Assembly (NCBI GenBank): GCA_964016885.1 | Contig: OZ024740.1 | Location: 91,202,001 to 91,266,000, forward strand | Source of the DNA: Eledone cirrhosa | Lineage: Eukaryota | DNA: 64,000 nucleotides | Reading direction: 5' to 3' | The notes under the pieces: model-generated | Databases searched by the model: none | What the model saw: only the letters and a program-made list of their open reading frames with translations | Told to the model about the DNA's origin: nothing | Shown: positions 14,481 through 29,800 of the stretch, piece by piece | Position numbering within the stretch: the stretch's first letter is position 1 | Layout: the number at the start of each line of letters is the position of its first letter | Position numbers and translations under genes: made by a program

Positions 14481-16695
<2,215 letters not shown>

Positions 16696-17167
16696 CATAT
16701 ATACATGCATACATATGTACATGTGCATATACATATTTACACACTTTCGGATGGCCGTTGACTCTTATGAGTTCTTCCGCCGTTTGTCAACTTGTGTTTT
16801 TTGTCCTGCGGTGTGAACAAAATCACCCTCCTCACCAAGTAATATTGGTGGGTTTGCCGGTTTAGTCGCCAACGACCCGACCGTGCGACATGATGTACTG
16901 GGATACATACACTGTGTATATGCATGGGTGCATGTGTATGCATATACGCAGGGACATAGTAATAGTCGTAGTAGTTACCGATGATGTTGATCTTTTTTTC
17001 TTTTCGGTTCATAGATAGTCTCTCAGAGAATGGGATTGGCTCAGTGCACAGTATTTCATCACTTTAAATAAATATATTCAAGCACAGTCATTGCACGATA
17101 GAATTAATTAATAATTACTAATAATGCTACATCGTGCAATGACCATACTCGATGACGAAGGGGCAGT

Positions 17168-17211
<44 letters not shown>

Positions 17212-17295
17212 CGTTTCTGAATTTGTGAATTTCTGAATTTGTGAATTTCTGAAGATCTATAGAGAATTAAGTCATCATTATAGAGAATTAAGTCA

Positions 17296-18130
17296 TCAAG
17301 AAAAACTAAAGCGTAACCTAATAGATGAAATATCTAAAACCACCACGCCAGCAGAAAAACTAACATTTATAAGCCTTATACGCCCCGAAGAACAGTACAT
17401 TACTCTAGAATGTAATAAGCACTTTAACAGAAAATTAAAGTGGCTTAAACAGGCAAAGCTAAATCGGGATACTATAGAGTATACCAATAGATATCCCGAC
17501 AAAATTGACGGTATCAACATGGCCGACACCTCATTATCTGAAGATTTCAACAATGAAAATACCAACATTTATGGAAACACGGAAATAGATAATAATGAAA
17601 TGTCTGTGTTACGTCTGCCACCCAAATTTGCGACATTCAAGGAGGTAAATATGATTAGTTGTCTGTCAGAAATAGAAAAATCATTTACGAAACTACGCTG
17701 GAGCATCAAAAACAAAAACAAAAGCAACAATATACGCACACACATATACAACACACATCCCAACAACAACAGACACACAGACACAAACAACAATAACAAC
17801 AACAATAGCAACATACCCAGATACAACAACAACAATAGCAACATACCCAGATACAACAACAAAAATAGCAACATACCCAGATACAACAGACACGCAGACA
17901 CAAACAACAATAACAACACACACGGAGACAACAATAACAACAACACACACATCAACAACAACAACAATAGCAACATACCCAGATACAACAACAACAGACA
18001 CGCAAACACAAACAACAATAACAACACTCACAACAACGATAACACACACACACACGGAGACAACAACAACACACATCAACAACAACAACACACACGCATT
18101 CAATGCCTCTCACCACCACCACAATCTTAA
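17296..18130 (+). pseudogene. Probable Penelope-like N-terminal ORF remnant running into an (AAC)-rich tandem expansion
   Basis: EMSVLRLPPKFATF...SEIEKSFTKLRW resembles the L.LGPKF....E......LRW motif upstream of PLE RTs. A hammerhead lies downstream at 18898. Confidence 0.5.
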
Positions 18131-18181
18131 CAAATTTTTTTTCTATCATTATCATTTGTTTTCTTATTCTTTTTATTCTAC

Positions 18182-18231
<50 letters not shown>

Positions 18232-18289
18232 TTAAATCTATCTATCCATCCTTTTACTCACTTATTTGTTTATTTACTCACTTATGTAT

Positions 18290-18585
18290 TTCTTGTGGAA
18301 TAGTATTTAGGTAATTCTTATTTACTTATGTGGAATATTACTTATGTATTTCTTATTTACTTATGTGGAATATTATTTCGTATTTCTTATTTAATTATGT
18401 GGAATATTACTTATGTATTTCTTATTTACTTATGTGGAATATTATTCATGTATTTCTTATTTACTTATGTGGAATATTCTTTATGTATTTCTTATTTACT
18501 TATGTGGAATATTATTTTTGTATTTCTTATTTACTTATGTGGAATATTATTTATGTTTTTCTTATTTACTTATTTATGTATTTCT
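18290..18585. repeat. About 35-bp minisatellite (TATTTCTTATTTACTTATGTGGAATATTA..), roughly 8 units
   Basis: Tandem units seen directly. Confidence 0.85.
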
Positions 18586-18897
18586 TCAGCCTAGCAATAG
18601 CGAGAGAATCAAGTCTTAGTAACCAGATTCCGCTTATATTTCTTTTCTCTCTCAGTACCTTTTACAGTTTTACATTTTTATCGTTTTACTTACCGCATTG
18701 ACCCCCCCCCCCTCTTTGACCTCACACCCAGCTGTAGTGGCACCACCAACGCATGAATGGGTCTACTCCGCCCCCTCTCCCCTTTTCTCCTACTGGCAGG
18801 TTTGGCAACCTCCCCCACCAACTTGCCATCGCACAATTACTACTACCTTGTGGGATGACCAATCCTGGTGTTTATCTCTTTGACCATATATGGAATT

Positions 18898-18992
18898 GCC
18901 CCTTGACAAGTTCGGCTATTTAAATACCTGAACTGATTGTTCATTCAGTACAGAATTAGCCGTCGAAACGGCTTGAGCTCAGCCGTCGGGGT
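18898..18992 (+). ncRNA. Type I hammerhead ribozyme with U3-A8 core, predicted cleavage after GUC at 18987
   Basis: GCCCC-TTGACAA-g(tt)cggcta...tagccg(t)c-GAAA-CGGCT-tgagctc-AGCCG-TC|GGGGT. All three stems pair. Confidence 0.75.
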
Positions 18993-19011
18993 CTTACTTA
19001 CTCCTATATAC

Positions 19012-19119
<108 letters not shown>

Positions 19120-19299
19120 ACCAACTCATAATACTATAATGTTATAAACTTAAATCAAATTATTTAGAACTACAAGTGAAGTCATTCTTTTCCATATTAG
19201 AATATACCTAACTGAACCAAGGTTATCACACATTTTCAATTATATATATATATATATATAATATATAAGATCAAAAGATGGTTAAAAGAGTTACATGTA

Positions 19300-19366
19300 T
19301 TTTATTATGCGCATTTCAAAAACAAATATCATCATGCAATAACATTGGCGTTTTCCTCAGATAAAA
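19300..19366 (-). ncRNA. Type I hammerhead ribozyme with minimal stem III (left arm)
   Basis: Minus strand reads TTTTAT-CTGAGGA-stem II-GAAA-T-GCGC-ATA|ATAAAA. Confidence 0.72.
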
Positions 19367-19487
19367 TAAAGAGACATGATATGAAGGTTAAAACACACTT
19401 GTGAATAGTGCAGTTTTAAATCAACATATCATGATATGTTGATTTAAAACTGCAAGTGTGTTTTAACCTTCATATCATGTCTCCCTA

Positions 19488-19554
19488 TTTTATCTGACGA
19501 AAACGCAAATGTTATTGCATGATGACATTTGTTTTTGAAATGCGCATAATAAAA
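19488..19554 (+). ncRNA. Type I hammerhead ribozyme with minimal stem III (right arm)
   Basis: TTTTAT-CTGACGA-aaacgcaaatgtta..tgacatttgttttt-GAAA-T-GCGC-ATA|ATAAAA. The palindromic loop III is typical of Penelope hammerheads. Confidence 0.78.
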
Positions 19555-19862
19555 CACATGGAACTCTTTTAACCATCTTTTGATCTTATATATTATTTAT
19601 ACTCCAGTCCTACAAACTGTAGAGTGCTACTTATTCGATATCTGCATTGCTTTATTGTACTACAATAAAATTCACCTCCTACATATATATATATATATAT
19701 ATATAACCAAAGATTTATATGGTTCATTAATATGGTTTCATTACTAAATGAAATTCAGTTTTACAATACACTAAAACCACTCAACTGAAGGTTTTCCTGG
19801 AGTTTTTAGTAATATTCAAAATATTAACAAATGAAGATATTCATATAATCAAAATATATGCA

Positions 19863-19920
19863 TTATTATATATATTTCGAAGGTACTGTGTTGTTTTTTC
19901 AGTACGTCCTCGTCAGAAAA
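19863..19920 (-). ncRNA. Type I hammerhead ribozyme core (left arm)
   Basis: Minus strand reads CTGACGA-ggacgtactg..cagtaccttc-GAAA-T-ATAT-ATA|ataa. Stem I is weak. Confidence 0.6.
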
Positions 19921-20242
19921 AATATATGATTTGATATATGATATACCTCTTCATGCATCCATTTATTTATTTTTATTCAATTAAACATTTATGTATGCAT
20001 TTATTTATTTTTTCTTGCCTTCCTCCTCTTTACAACCTCTCTTATATCTCAAATTCGCTCCACGTACTTTTCTTCTTTAAGTTTATCATATTATTATTGG
20101 TGGTATATAAATGTTGAGATTTGATGCCAATCCAGGAAGTCAACTATCGAGACCGTAGAGGTATGTCATATATCAAATCACATATTTTATCTGATGAGGG
20201 CGTACTGAAAAAAGCAACAGAGTACATTAGGAATGTATATCA

Positions 20243-20872
20243 CTAGTTGGCCCGTCCGGCTGGCGCCTGATAAACCTTCCCCCACCACTCCACTGCAAAG
20301 ATACCCCACATCCTCCTGTGTCACATTGTCTTTCCGACTATCTCTCTCTCTCTCTGAATAACTAACACTTTAATTGTATCTCTCTCTGTCTAACGGCATA
20401 TCCCTCTGTTTTCCCCTCCCTCTGTTTTTCTGTCTCTCTCTGTAAATGTGTGTGTGTGTAGTTTTACCAATCTTTCTCTAAATCTGTCTCTTTCTCTCTC
20501 TAAATCTCTCTCTAAATATCTCTCTCTCTATGTGTATATATTGAAGGGAGATACGGAAACTAAAACAGTGTTGTCATATATAGAGTGAAGAGCAACAGTG
20601 AGAGTAAAGCAGTTAAATTATAGAGAGGGGAAATGACCTTACATACATACATACATATATACATACATATAAGATATAGATATGTGTGTGTTTCTGTATG
20701 TGCGTTTGTGTATGTGTGTATGTGTGTTTTGTTTTGATGTTATCCGGCAATTGGCGAAATCAGCTGTGAATGTATGTGTATTTGTGTGTGTGTGTGTGTA
20801 TGTGTGTGTGTGCGTATGTGTGTGTGTATGTGCGTAGGTGTATGCGTGTGGGTGTGTGGGTGTGTGTGTGTG

Positions 20873-20927
<55 letters not shown>

Positions 20928-22036
20928 TATACGAGCGACGACAGAAAAAGTGTGTGGGATACATACATTATTATATGTGTCTGGATTTTCGTTCTGCAAC
21001 CATTATATTATGATATTTGTATCTAAATGATTTTAGATGTATGTATTACCTACTTGCCCGTCAGTCTGTTTCTCTTTCCCTGCCTCTCTCTCTCCCCTCT
21101 CTCCATTCTCTCTCTCTTTAGATGCCTGTAATATGTCTCTTTCATTCTGTGTCTCCTTAAGTGTGTTGCTTTTGATGTATGTATTACCTGCTTGTGTGTT
21201 GACAGAATTTGAAGAAGGTTATCCTTTTGAAATAAACATACAAACGACGCTCATCTCTATGTTAATATATTATATAAATAATGGGATTGATGAGTTAATA
21301 TATGGATACAACAACTACAACGGTACGCGATGGGGTCCACCCACAGCCCCGGCGGACAGAATGGAGAAGGAGTTTCCACGGACGACGGCAAGGAAGACGC
21401 GCTGGAAAAGCCACTCCAACTCGCGGGGCTCACACCTGACCAGCTCAGAGCCTTTGGTGTTGAGCTAGGAGGTAGCCCTGGGACCGAGGATACCAGAAGT
21501 CTCCACTGCCAGGGGTACAACCGTAAGCCTGTTGGAGAGCGGCCAGTATTTGAGGAGTTTGGCCCACTCAGCACGACGTGTAGCAGAACCTGAGTATATA
21601 TTAATATATTGAAGGTAGATACGGAAAGTGAAAGAGTGTTGTAATATAGATAGTGAAGAGAGACAGAGAGTAAAGCAATTAAATTATAGAGAGGGTGAAA
21701 GAGGGAGATAGAGAGAGAAAGACGACGCTCAGCTTTATAATATTTGAGAGTGAAGAGCGACAGAGAGAGTAAATCAGTTAGATTATAGAGAAGGGTAATG
21801 ATATATTATAGAGAGTGGCAAGAGCGATGGAGAGAGTAAAGCTAAGAAACTATAGGGAATTGTGTAGGATACATACGTGTTGACCGAATTTGCATACGAG
21901 GCTCTTCTCTACGGAAAGTAAAACAGTTTTGTGGTATAGAGAGTGAAGAGAGACAGATAGTAAAGCAGATCAATTATTAGAGAGGGTGAAAGAGGGAGAG
22001 CGAGAGAGACGACGCTCAGCTTTATACTATTATAGA
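20243..22036 (-). mobile_element. Non-autonomous Helitron
   Basis: Minus strand A|TCTATAATAG...GGGCCAA-CTAG|T termini with a GC-rich subterminal segment. Removing it restores the interrupted palindrome arm with no TSD. Second copy at 27421-28453. Confidence 0.8.
21345..21590 (-). pseudogene. CRE-clade retrotransposon RLE C-terminal fragment inside the Helitron
   Basis: Minus-strand pieces PLAVETSGILGP...PRELEWLFQRVFLAVVRGNSFSILS match the CRE C-terminal pattern P.AVET.G..G...QR.S.A..RGNA..IL. Confidence 0.7.
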
Positions 22037-22114
22037 TAAAGCATATATTTTGAGTATGTAAATATCTTCATTTGTTAATATTTTCAATAATATTATATAT
22101 ATATATATAATCGA

Positions 22115-22330
22115 TAGTCGATCATCTCTCGTCAAATTGTACCGAGGAAACAATGTTTCCATTGGACTATCCAATTGCTAATACTCTCTATCGGTCGCAA
22201 CTCCAGGTAGAAGGAGCAACGAGAAATGAAGTGTCTTGCTCAAAGACATAACCCATCGTCCGGTCCGGGAATCGAACCCACAATCTCACGATTTCGAATA
22301 CAATTATTTTACCACTCAGCCGCTTGCCTA
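22115..22330 (-). mobile_element. tRNA-derived SINE
   Basis: Minus strand A-box-like GCGGCTGAGTGGT and B-box GGGTTCGATTCCC, followed by the common SINE body TCTTTGAGCAAGACACTT. Confidence 0.7.
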
Positions 22331-24066
22331 TATTGGATCTATATATCCGTATGTTTTTCGCGGCAGAGGGAAAAAGTGTACTCGATATAGAAGTAGAGTG
22401 TAAATATTTATTTTAGGCTAAATAATGAGATTTGTTGCCCTGTAGATTTGGTAGAGATATTATGTGTGATCATATGTTTCTATCTGTGCACTTCCGTCAA
22501 TATATCAGATCATTCTTCGAGAGGGATATATTAATAATAATTCCTGGTCAATGATGTACCCGAAAGAACAGGCGAAGTCGTAATCATTATCAAAGCAGAA
22601 CCAGAAATAGTGCTTTGAAAATCAATTATATCATGCTGTTTGAATTTAGCCCTGTTCATTAAGGTGTTGTCTGTGAACAAGAATAGGAAAGAACTTGCAT
22701 TATTCCAGTGTTAGATTGTCGCTTGTGGTAATATGTGATTTAATTTCTCTTATTTTGTTTACCAGCTAATCCTAAATATAACCTACATTATATATGAATT
22801 AGAGATTATATATATCACCAGAGAATATTCTGAGGCTAGCTATCTATATATGGGAACGGTGAAAGGTGATTTTAAACAAGCATCCTAATCGAATGTCGAC
22901 AATTGTAGACACCCTAATATGGGAACCTAGACGGCAATACTAAAGGAGTCTACAAAGTAAATGATAAATGATTCGCACATGAAATTAAATGGAAGCTACT
23001 AGAGAAAACTGACTTAGAATAATACTAAGCGTTATTCTCTCTGCTTCTATGAAAGGATTTACAAGGTTTGCACTCTGCAAATAAATACACGAATGCGATG
23101 AAGAAGGGTTTTAAAGGATGCCTACGTGCCAAAATCCAATTCATTTCAAATTTCAAAAATATATCCAACCACATTGACTTGTGTTCTCATATATTTTGTG
23201 TAATTATTTGTGATTTCCACACATGCATTCCACCACATATTACCGCAAACATCTCATACTACTTAATCCCAACACTTGAATACAATTTTCTGTAAAGCAT
23301 AATTACAATACGAATTATGATTATAGTGCAGTGTATAATTTGTAATCTAACTACCTCTGGTTATGTTTGATGAGGTTCTCGAAATATTCAACTAGACGGT
23401 TCATGCGTTTCCCATGATTCAATTGTTCTCATTATGTCCTTAACATCTTGGATATAATCATGCTATTTACTCTTCCACTTGAAATGCTATCTACTCTATC
23501 ACTACAGAAAAGAATATATATAAAACATTGTTTTACTGAGGAATTGAACAAATATTCAGCATATACACTGCAACACATAACGTATCTTAACGATACGCAA
23601 ATGAACAGACACACGTAAACACAGAAAAACGAAATCGCTTTTAGCATGTGATATATGTATGTAAATATGAATTTCAAGAGCACGTACGCAATGATCATTT
23701 TAACAATATAATATATATTAAGATTTTTATCATCCATATTTAATTCATACTTATTGAATCTTCACCAGACTGATTCAAAGTTATTCGCTGTTTAAAATGT
23801 TCATATATTTCAAACGTAAAGTAGATTCAATATCAGAAAATTCCGCGTGTGTTTACCAGTATAAATTCATATGTTGTGGGGGTAACGTTTAACTGTTGCC
23901 AGGAGAATAACAATTCCAAATGTTTGCAGAAATGTAAATACATGAATAATTAATGCCAACGCAAATTAACGCATTTGTCGAAAATTGATATATGTATGCT
24001 AGCAATGGATACAATATATATATTAAATAATATACTTAAATTGAATTATGTATAACAACGCATATA

Positions 24067-24145
24067 TTAGGTCGTCAAGTATGACATTTGTAGATATTTA
24101 CAGAAAAAAGAAGAATGGCTACAAAGTTCATACTTAACGACCCAA
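24067..24145. mobile_element. Tc1/mariner-like MITE
   Basis: About 27-bp imperfect TIRs (TTAGGTCGTCAAGTATGA.. / ..TCATACTTAACGACCCAA) flanked by TA on both sides. Confidence 0.65.
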
Positions 24146-24164
24146 TATATATATATATTTATAT

Positions 24165-24393
24165 CTAGGGCGGGTAAAATTCCCGAGATCCATGGACGAG
24201 TTCTCTCCAGAGGTCTCTGTCTCTCATTAGCGCTGCCATTTCCTGCGTTTCCAACAGACCAGTGTCAGTCCTTAGGGCATCAACATTTATTAACCTCGGT
24301 CTTCCTCTTCCAGTGTGTCCATGCAGGGTCTCCCACAGGAGTACTGAGTGAAGTGTTAATTCTGGAAGTCGGTGAGCAGGTCCGGCTAACCTG
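24165..24393 (-). mobile_element. RTE-like LINE 3'-terminal fragment
   Basis: Minus strand RLAGPAHRLPEL...VLLWETLHGHTGRGRPRLINVDALRTDTGL...MRDRDLWRELV is a typical RTE C-terminus. Confidence 0.75.
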
Positions 24394-24403
24394 AAAGGAT
24401 CTG

Positions 24404-25404
<1,001 letters not shown>

Positions 25405-25544
25405 GTGTGTTTGTGTGTGTGTGTGTGTGTGTGTCCTCGGGGGGGGGGGGGGGGGCTGGATAGGTATGTGTGTGTGTGTGAGTGTGTGTGTATGTGTGTG
25501 TGTGTGTGTGCGTGTGTGTGTGTATTCGTTTTCCATATAATATA

Positions 25545-26610
25545 TATATAATGAAAATAAAGACAACGGGCGAAAGAGGGCAATATCCATCGTCAGTTGT
25601 CTGCTAGGAATCATAGGTATTTCTTCGCGTTAGAGACAAAATACCTCAAGCTAGGGCGAACAATAACTAAAATAAGTTATTGGGATAAAAATGGCTGGAG
25701 AGAGAGAAGAACATATAAACAGACACAAAGGGTGAAGCAACGAAAAGAGAGGAAAAATCAAGTCAATAACTCATTTCGAACATAAGTCTGGCGGGTTTGA
25801 CAAGAAAAAAAGACACTTCCTCACTGTAGCAGTGTGACTGAGAGAAGATACTGCTTACAGTGGCGGACGAGGGAGGGAGTGAGCGAGCGGACAGTGGGTG
25901 ACTAGAAGAAAAGGAGTGAGTGAAAGTAAGAGGAAGCGAGAAAGAGATATGTATAGTGGCAGGCTAGCCGAGATAAAGTGACTAGCAGAAGAGGGACAAG
26001 GAGAGAGAAGGGGTGAGAGAGGATAGAAACAAGAGGAGAGAGGAGAGACGGGTCACAGCGGAGAAGGAAACTATGTGAATAAAATGGTGAGATGTGTGGT
26101 TGTAATTAAGTATAATGAAAATTAACATTACTGGCGAAAGAGGGCATATCCATCGATTGTTGTCTGCAAGGAATGATAGGTATTTCTTCGCGATAGAAAC
26201 AAGATACCTCAGCCTAGGGCGAACAATAACTAAAAGAAGTTATTGGGATAAAAAAGGCGGGATAGAGAGGAACAAATGTAAGCCGACACGAAGGGTGAAG
26301 ACTTGTCTTTTTTTCTCGTCAAACCCGCCAGAACTTATGTTCCAAATTAGTTGTTGACTACATTTTTCCTCTCTTTTCGTTGCTTCACCCTTCGTATCTA
26401 TTTAGATTTTCTTCTCTTTCTCCCCCATTTTTTATCCCAATAACTTATTTTAGTTATTGTTCGCCCTAGGCTGATGTATCTTGTCTATAACGCTAAGAAA
26501 TACCTATGGTTCCTTGCAGACAACTGACGATGGATATTGCCCTATTTCACCCGTAACTTTTATTTTCATTATACTTAATTGCAACCACACAACTCGCCAT
26601 TATATACATA
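25545..26610. repeat. Direct + inverted triple repeat (copy, partial direct copy, inverted copy), Penelope pLTR-like layout
   Basis: The block CTAGGGCGAACAATAACTAAAA..AGTTATTGGGATAAAAA occurs at about 25650 and 26215 (+) and inverted at about 26430-26470. Confidence 0.8.
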
Positions 26611-26649
26611 TGTATCTATATGTGTGTGTGTGTGAGTGTGTGTGTGTGT

Positions 26650-26696
<47 letters not shown>

Positions 26697-26734
26697 ACAC
26701 GTGTAATAGGTAGGTAAGTGTGCGTCTGTGTATA

Positions 26735-26775
<41 letters not shown>

Positions 26776-26861
26776 CGAAGGAAATGTGGTAAGGAACCAG
26801 GTGAACCATAACGCACCAAAGTACTCAATACTTAGGGTAGTAGAATGGGTAATAGGAACAA

Positions 26862-26911
26862 GTAAGACCCCGACGGCTGGGCTCAAGCCATTTCGACGGC
26901 TAATTCTGTAC
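26862..26911 (-). repeat. Partial copy (3' half) of the 18898 hammerhead
   Basis: Minus strand TACAGAATTAGCCGTCGAAATGGCTTGAGCCCAGCCGTCGGGGTCTTAC. The 5' core is missing. Confidence 0.7.
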
Positions 26912-27007
26912 AATGTATATATATATATACGTTATTCCGGGTTGAATCGGAGGTAACCACAGTAAGTAAGGCACTCAACACATAGCAGAGTATAACAGTT
27001 TTAATAT

Positions 27008-27237
<230 letters not shown>

Positions 27238-27420
27238 ACGCATATAGCAGCTGATGGCCTGAGTCGCTACATTACTGTGTATCGATTTGATAATTGTTAT
27301 AAATAGTGGATTATTTCGGTGCACATTTCTTATACATAGGATATTATTTTTTTCTCTGTCTTCTTTGGTTAGCGCATGGTCGATTTCTTTGGGTTATTTA
27401 AAATTGAATGTATACATATA

Positions 27421-28278
27421 TCTATAATATTATAAAGCTGAGTCTCGTGTGTATTATGTATGTATGTATCCTACACACCACCCTATAATTTCTTAGGTTT
27501 ACTCTCTTCGTCGCTGTTCCCTCTCTCTATAATAAATCATTCCCCCTCTCTATAATTTAACTGCTTTACTCTCTCTGTCGGTATTCACTCTCAAATATTA
27601 TAAAGCTGAGCGTCGTCTCTCTCTCACTCTCTCCCTCTTTCACCCTATCTATAATTTAACTGCTTTACTCTCTGTCTCTCTTCACTCTCTATATGACAAC
27701 ACTATTTTACTTTCCGTAGATATGAGCGTCGTATGTAAATTCGGTCAACAATAATGTATCCTACACACCTCCCTATAGTTTATTAGCTTTACTCTGTCCG
27801 TCGCTTCGACAGGTTTGCGGTCGTACCCCTGGCAGTGGAGACAGCTGTTGTCCTCGGCTCCAGGGCTACCTCCATACTCACCACTATAGGCGCTGAGCTG
27901 GTCAGCCGCAGGTGTAAGCCCCGCGAGTTGGAGTGGCTTTTCCAGCGCGTCTCCCTTACCGTCCTTCGGGGAAACGCCTTCTCCATTCTGTCCACCGTGG
28001 CTGTGGTTGAGCCCCATCGCGTACCGTTGTAGTTGTTGTATCCATATATTAACTCATCAATCACATTATTCATATCATATATCAACATAGAGATGAGAGT
28101 CGTATGTATGTTTATTTCAAGAGGATAACCTTCTTAAAATTCTGTCAACACACAAGCAGGTAATACATACATCAAAAGCAACACTCTTAGAGAGACAGAG
28201 AGTGAAAGAGACAGATTAGGAAAAGTACACACAAACACACATCTAAAGTGAGAGAGGAGTAAGAGGAGAGATATATAG

Positions 28279-28332
<54 letters not shown>

Positions 28333-28453
28333 TGTGTGTGTGTGTGTGTGTGTGTCGGAAGGACAACGTGACACGGGAGGGGGTGTGGCATATTTGGAGT
28401 GGAGTGATGGGGGCAGGTATACCAAACCGGGCGCCACCGGCCGGGCCAGGTAG
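27421..28453 (+). mobile_element. Non-autonomous Helitron, second copy (opposite orientation)
   Basis: A|TCTATAATATTATAAAGCTGAG...GGGCCAG-GTAG|T (CTAG mutated to GTAG). Same internal blocks as 20243-22036. Confidence 0.75.
27805..28000 (+). pseudogene. CRE-clade RLE C-terminal fragment inside the Helitron
   Basis: RFAVVPLAVETAVVLGSRATSILTTIGAELVSRRCKPRELEWLFQRVSLTVLRGNAFSILST in one frame. Confidence 0.75.
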
Positions 28454-28525
<72 letters not shown>

Positions 28526-28682
28526 CGAAACATAAGTCAATTGCATGAACTCATAATCGTTTATTTACTGCTAAATATATATTTCGATGATAGACATTGA
28601 ATGGCTATGATCTCATCAGGCAGTTAGTCAGTTATTAGATATGCCAGCTCTGTGTCTATAGTGTTGACGGTATCAGAGCCTT

Positions 28683-28731
<49 letters not shown>

Positions 28732-28772
28732 GATATTAACAAATGGAAACTATATTTATAAAACCATATTTA

Positions 28773-28833
28773 ATTCATTATACATATTTCAAGGACACCA
28801 AGTTAAATTATGGTCTGCTTTCATCAGATAAAA
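28773..28833 (-). ncRNA. Type I hammerhead ribozyme (left arm)
   Basis: Minus strand reads TTTTAT-CTGATGA-aagcagacca..tggtgtcctt-GAAA-T-ATGT-ATA|ATGAA. Confidence 0.68.
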
Positions 28834-29739
28834 TATATTATAGAGCAGTTTTATAAATAAATATTGACATACCCTTAAATAATGCAACCATTACTGTTGG
28901 AACCTCCCGGGTAGTGGAATTATAACTTTAATTATATTATTATGTAAGTTAGTATTGGATATTTTTAAATAAGAGATATAAGAGATATAAGGATATGTTT
29001 AAAGAGAAAGAGAGAGAAAGAGCAGAACAACAGAGAGAAAAAATAACAGAGAGAAAAAGAACGGAGAGAAAAAGATAGAGAGAAAAAGATAGAGAGAGAG
29101 GATATAGAGAAAGGAGAGAGAACTAACACTCTAAGTCATATCTTGTTGAGTTATCTTAACATTTGAGATGAAATATATATATTTTTATACGTGTGTCTAT
29201 ATATTTATATCTATCATTTTTGCGTGTGTATACGTGTTATATAATATATAGATCCTTAACAATATAGTCTTTATAATAATATATAAATTTCTTAATATAT
29301 AGATCACAATTTTTTATGTACTGATCTCAATATTTAACTGATTAAATAAACATATAATCCTAATTAAACAATGGTTACATTTCTCATATTATATATGTAT
29401 ATTCCATTCATGATTATTAACATTTCTAATTTTATTTATTCATTTCATCTCAAATGTTAAGATCGCTCAACAAATATGACTTAGAGTTTTAGTTCTCTCT
29501 CCTTTCTCTGTCTCCTCTCTCTCTATCTTTTTCTCTATGTTTTTTTCTCTCTGTTGTTCTGTTCTTTCTCTCTCTTTCTCTTTCTCCGTAACCCAACGGC
29601 TTATTTAAAAATATCCAATACTAACTTATCTAATAATGTAATTAAAGTTATATCTCCACTATCCGGGAGGTTCCAACAGTAATGGTTGCATTATTTAAGG
29701 GTATGTCAATACTTATTTATAAAACTGCTGTATATTATA

Positions 29740-29800
29740 TTTTATCTGATGAAAGCACACCATAACTTAACTTGGTGTCCTTGAAATATGTATAATGAAA
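29740..29800 (+). ncRNA. Type I hammerhead ribozyme (right arm)
   Basis: TTTTAT-CTGATGA-aagcacacca-taacttaact-tggtgtcctt-GAAA-T-ATGT-ATA|ATGAAA. Confidence 0.72.

Larger units (their letters stand above)
19258..19595. repeat. About 335-bp loopless palindrome with a hammerhead on each arm
   Basis: Arms pair around the centre ATATCATGATAT (about 19431/19432), apart from a short indel and a few mismatches. Confidence 0.9.
19810..22095. repeat. Inverted-repeat element with hammerhead cores; right arm split by a Helitron
   Basis: Left arm 19810-19950 pairs with 20157-20242 plus 22037-22095. Confidence 0.8.

Noticed and set aside
17085-17145. Small hairpin GTCATTGCACGAT..ATCGTGCAATGAC
   Set aside because: A real 13-bp inverted repeat, but single copy with no ribozyme core or TSD, so it cannot be assigned.
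18290-18585. 35-bp repeats resembling a CRISPR array
   Set aside because: Units are directly adjacent with no unique spacers, there are no cas genes, and the context is eukaryotic; it is a minisatellite.
22250-22330. tRNA gene
   Set aside because: Only A/B boxes followed by a SINE body; no cloverleaf.
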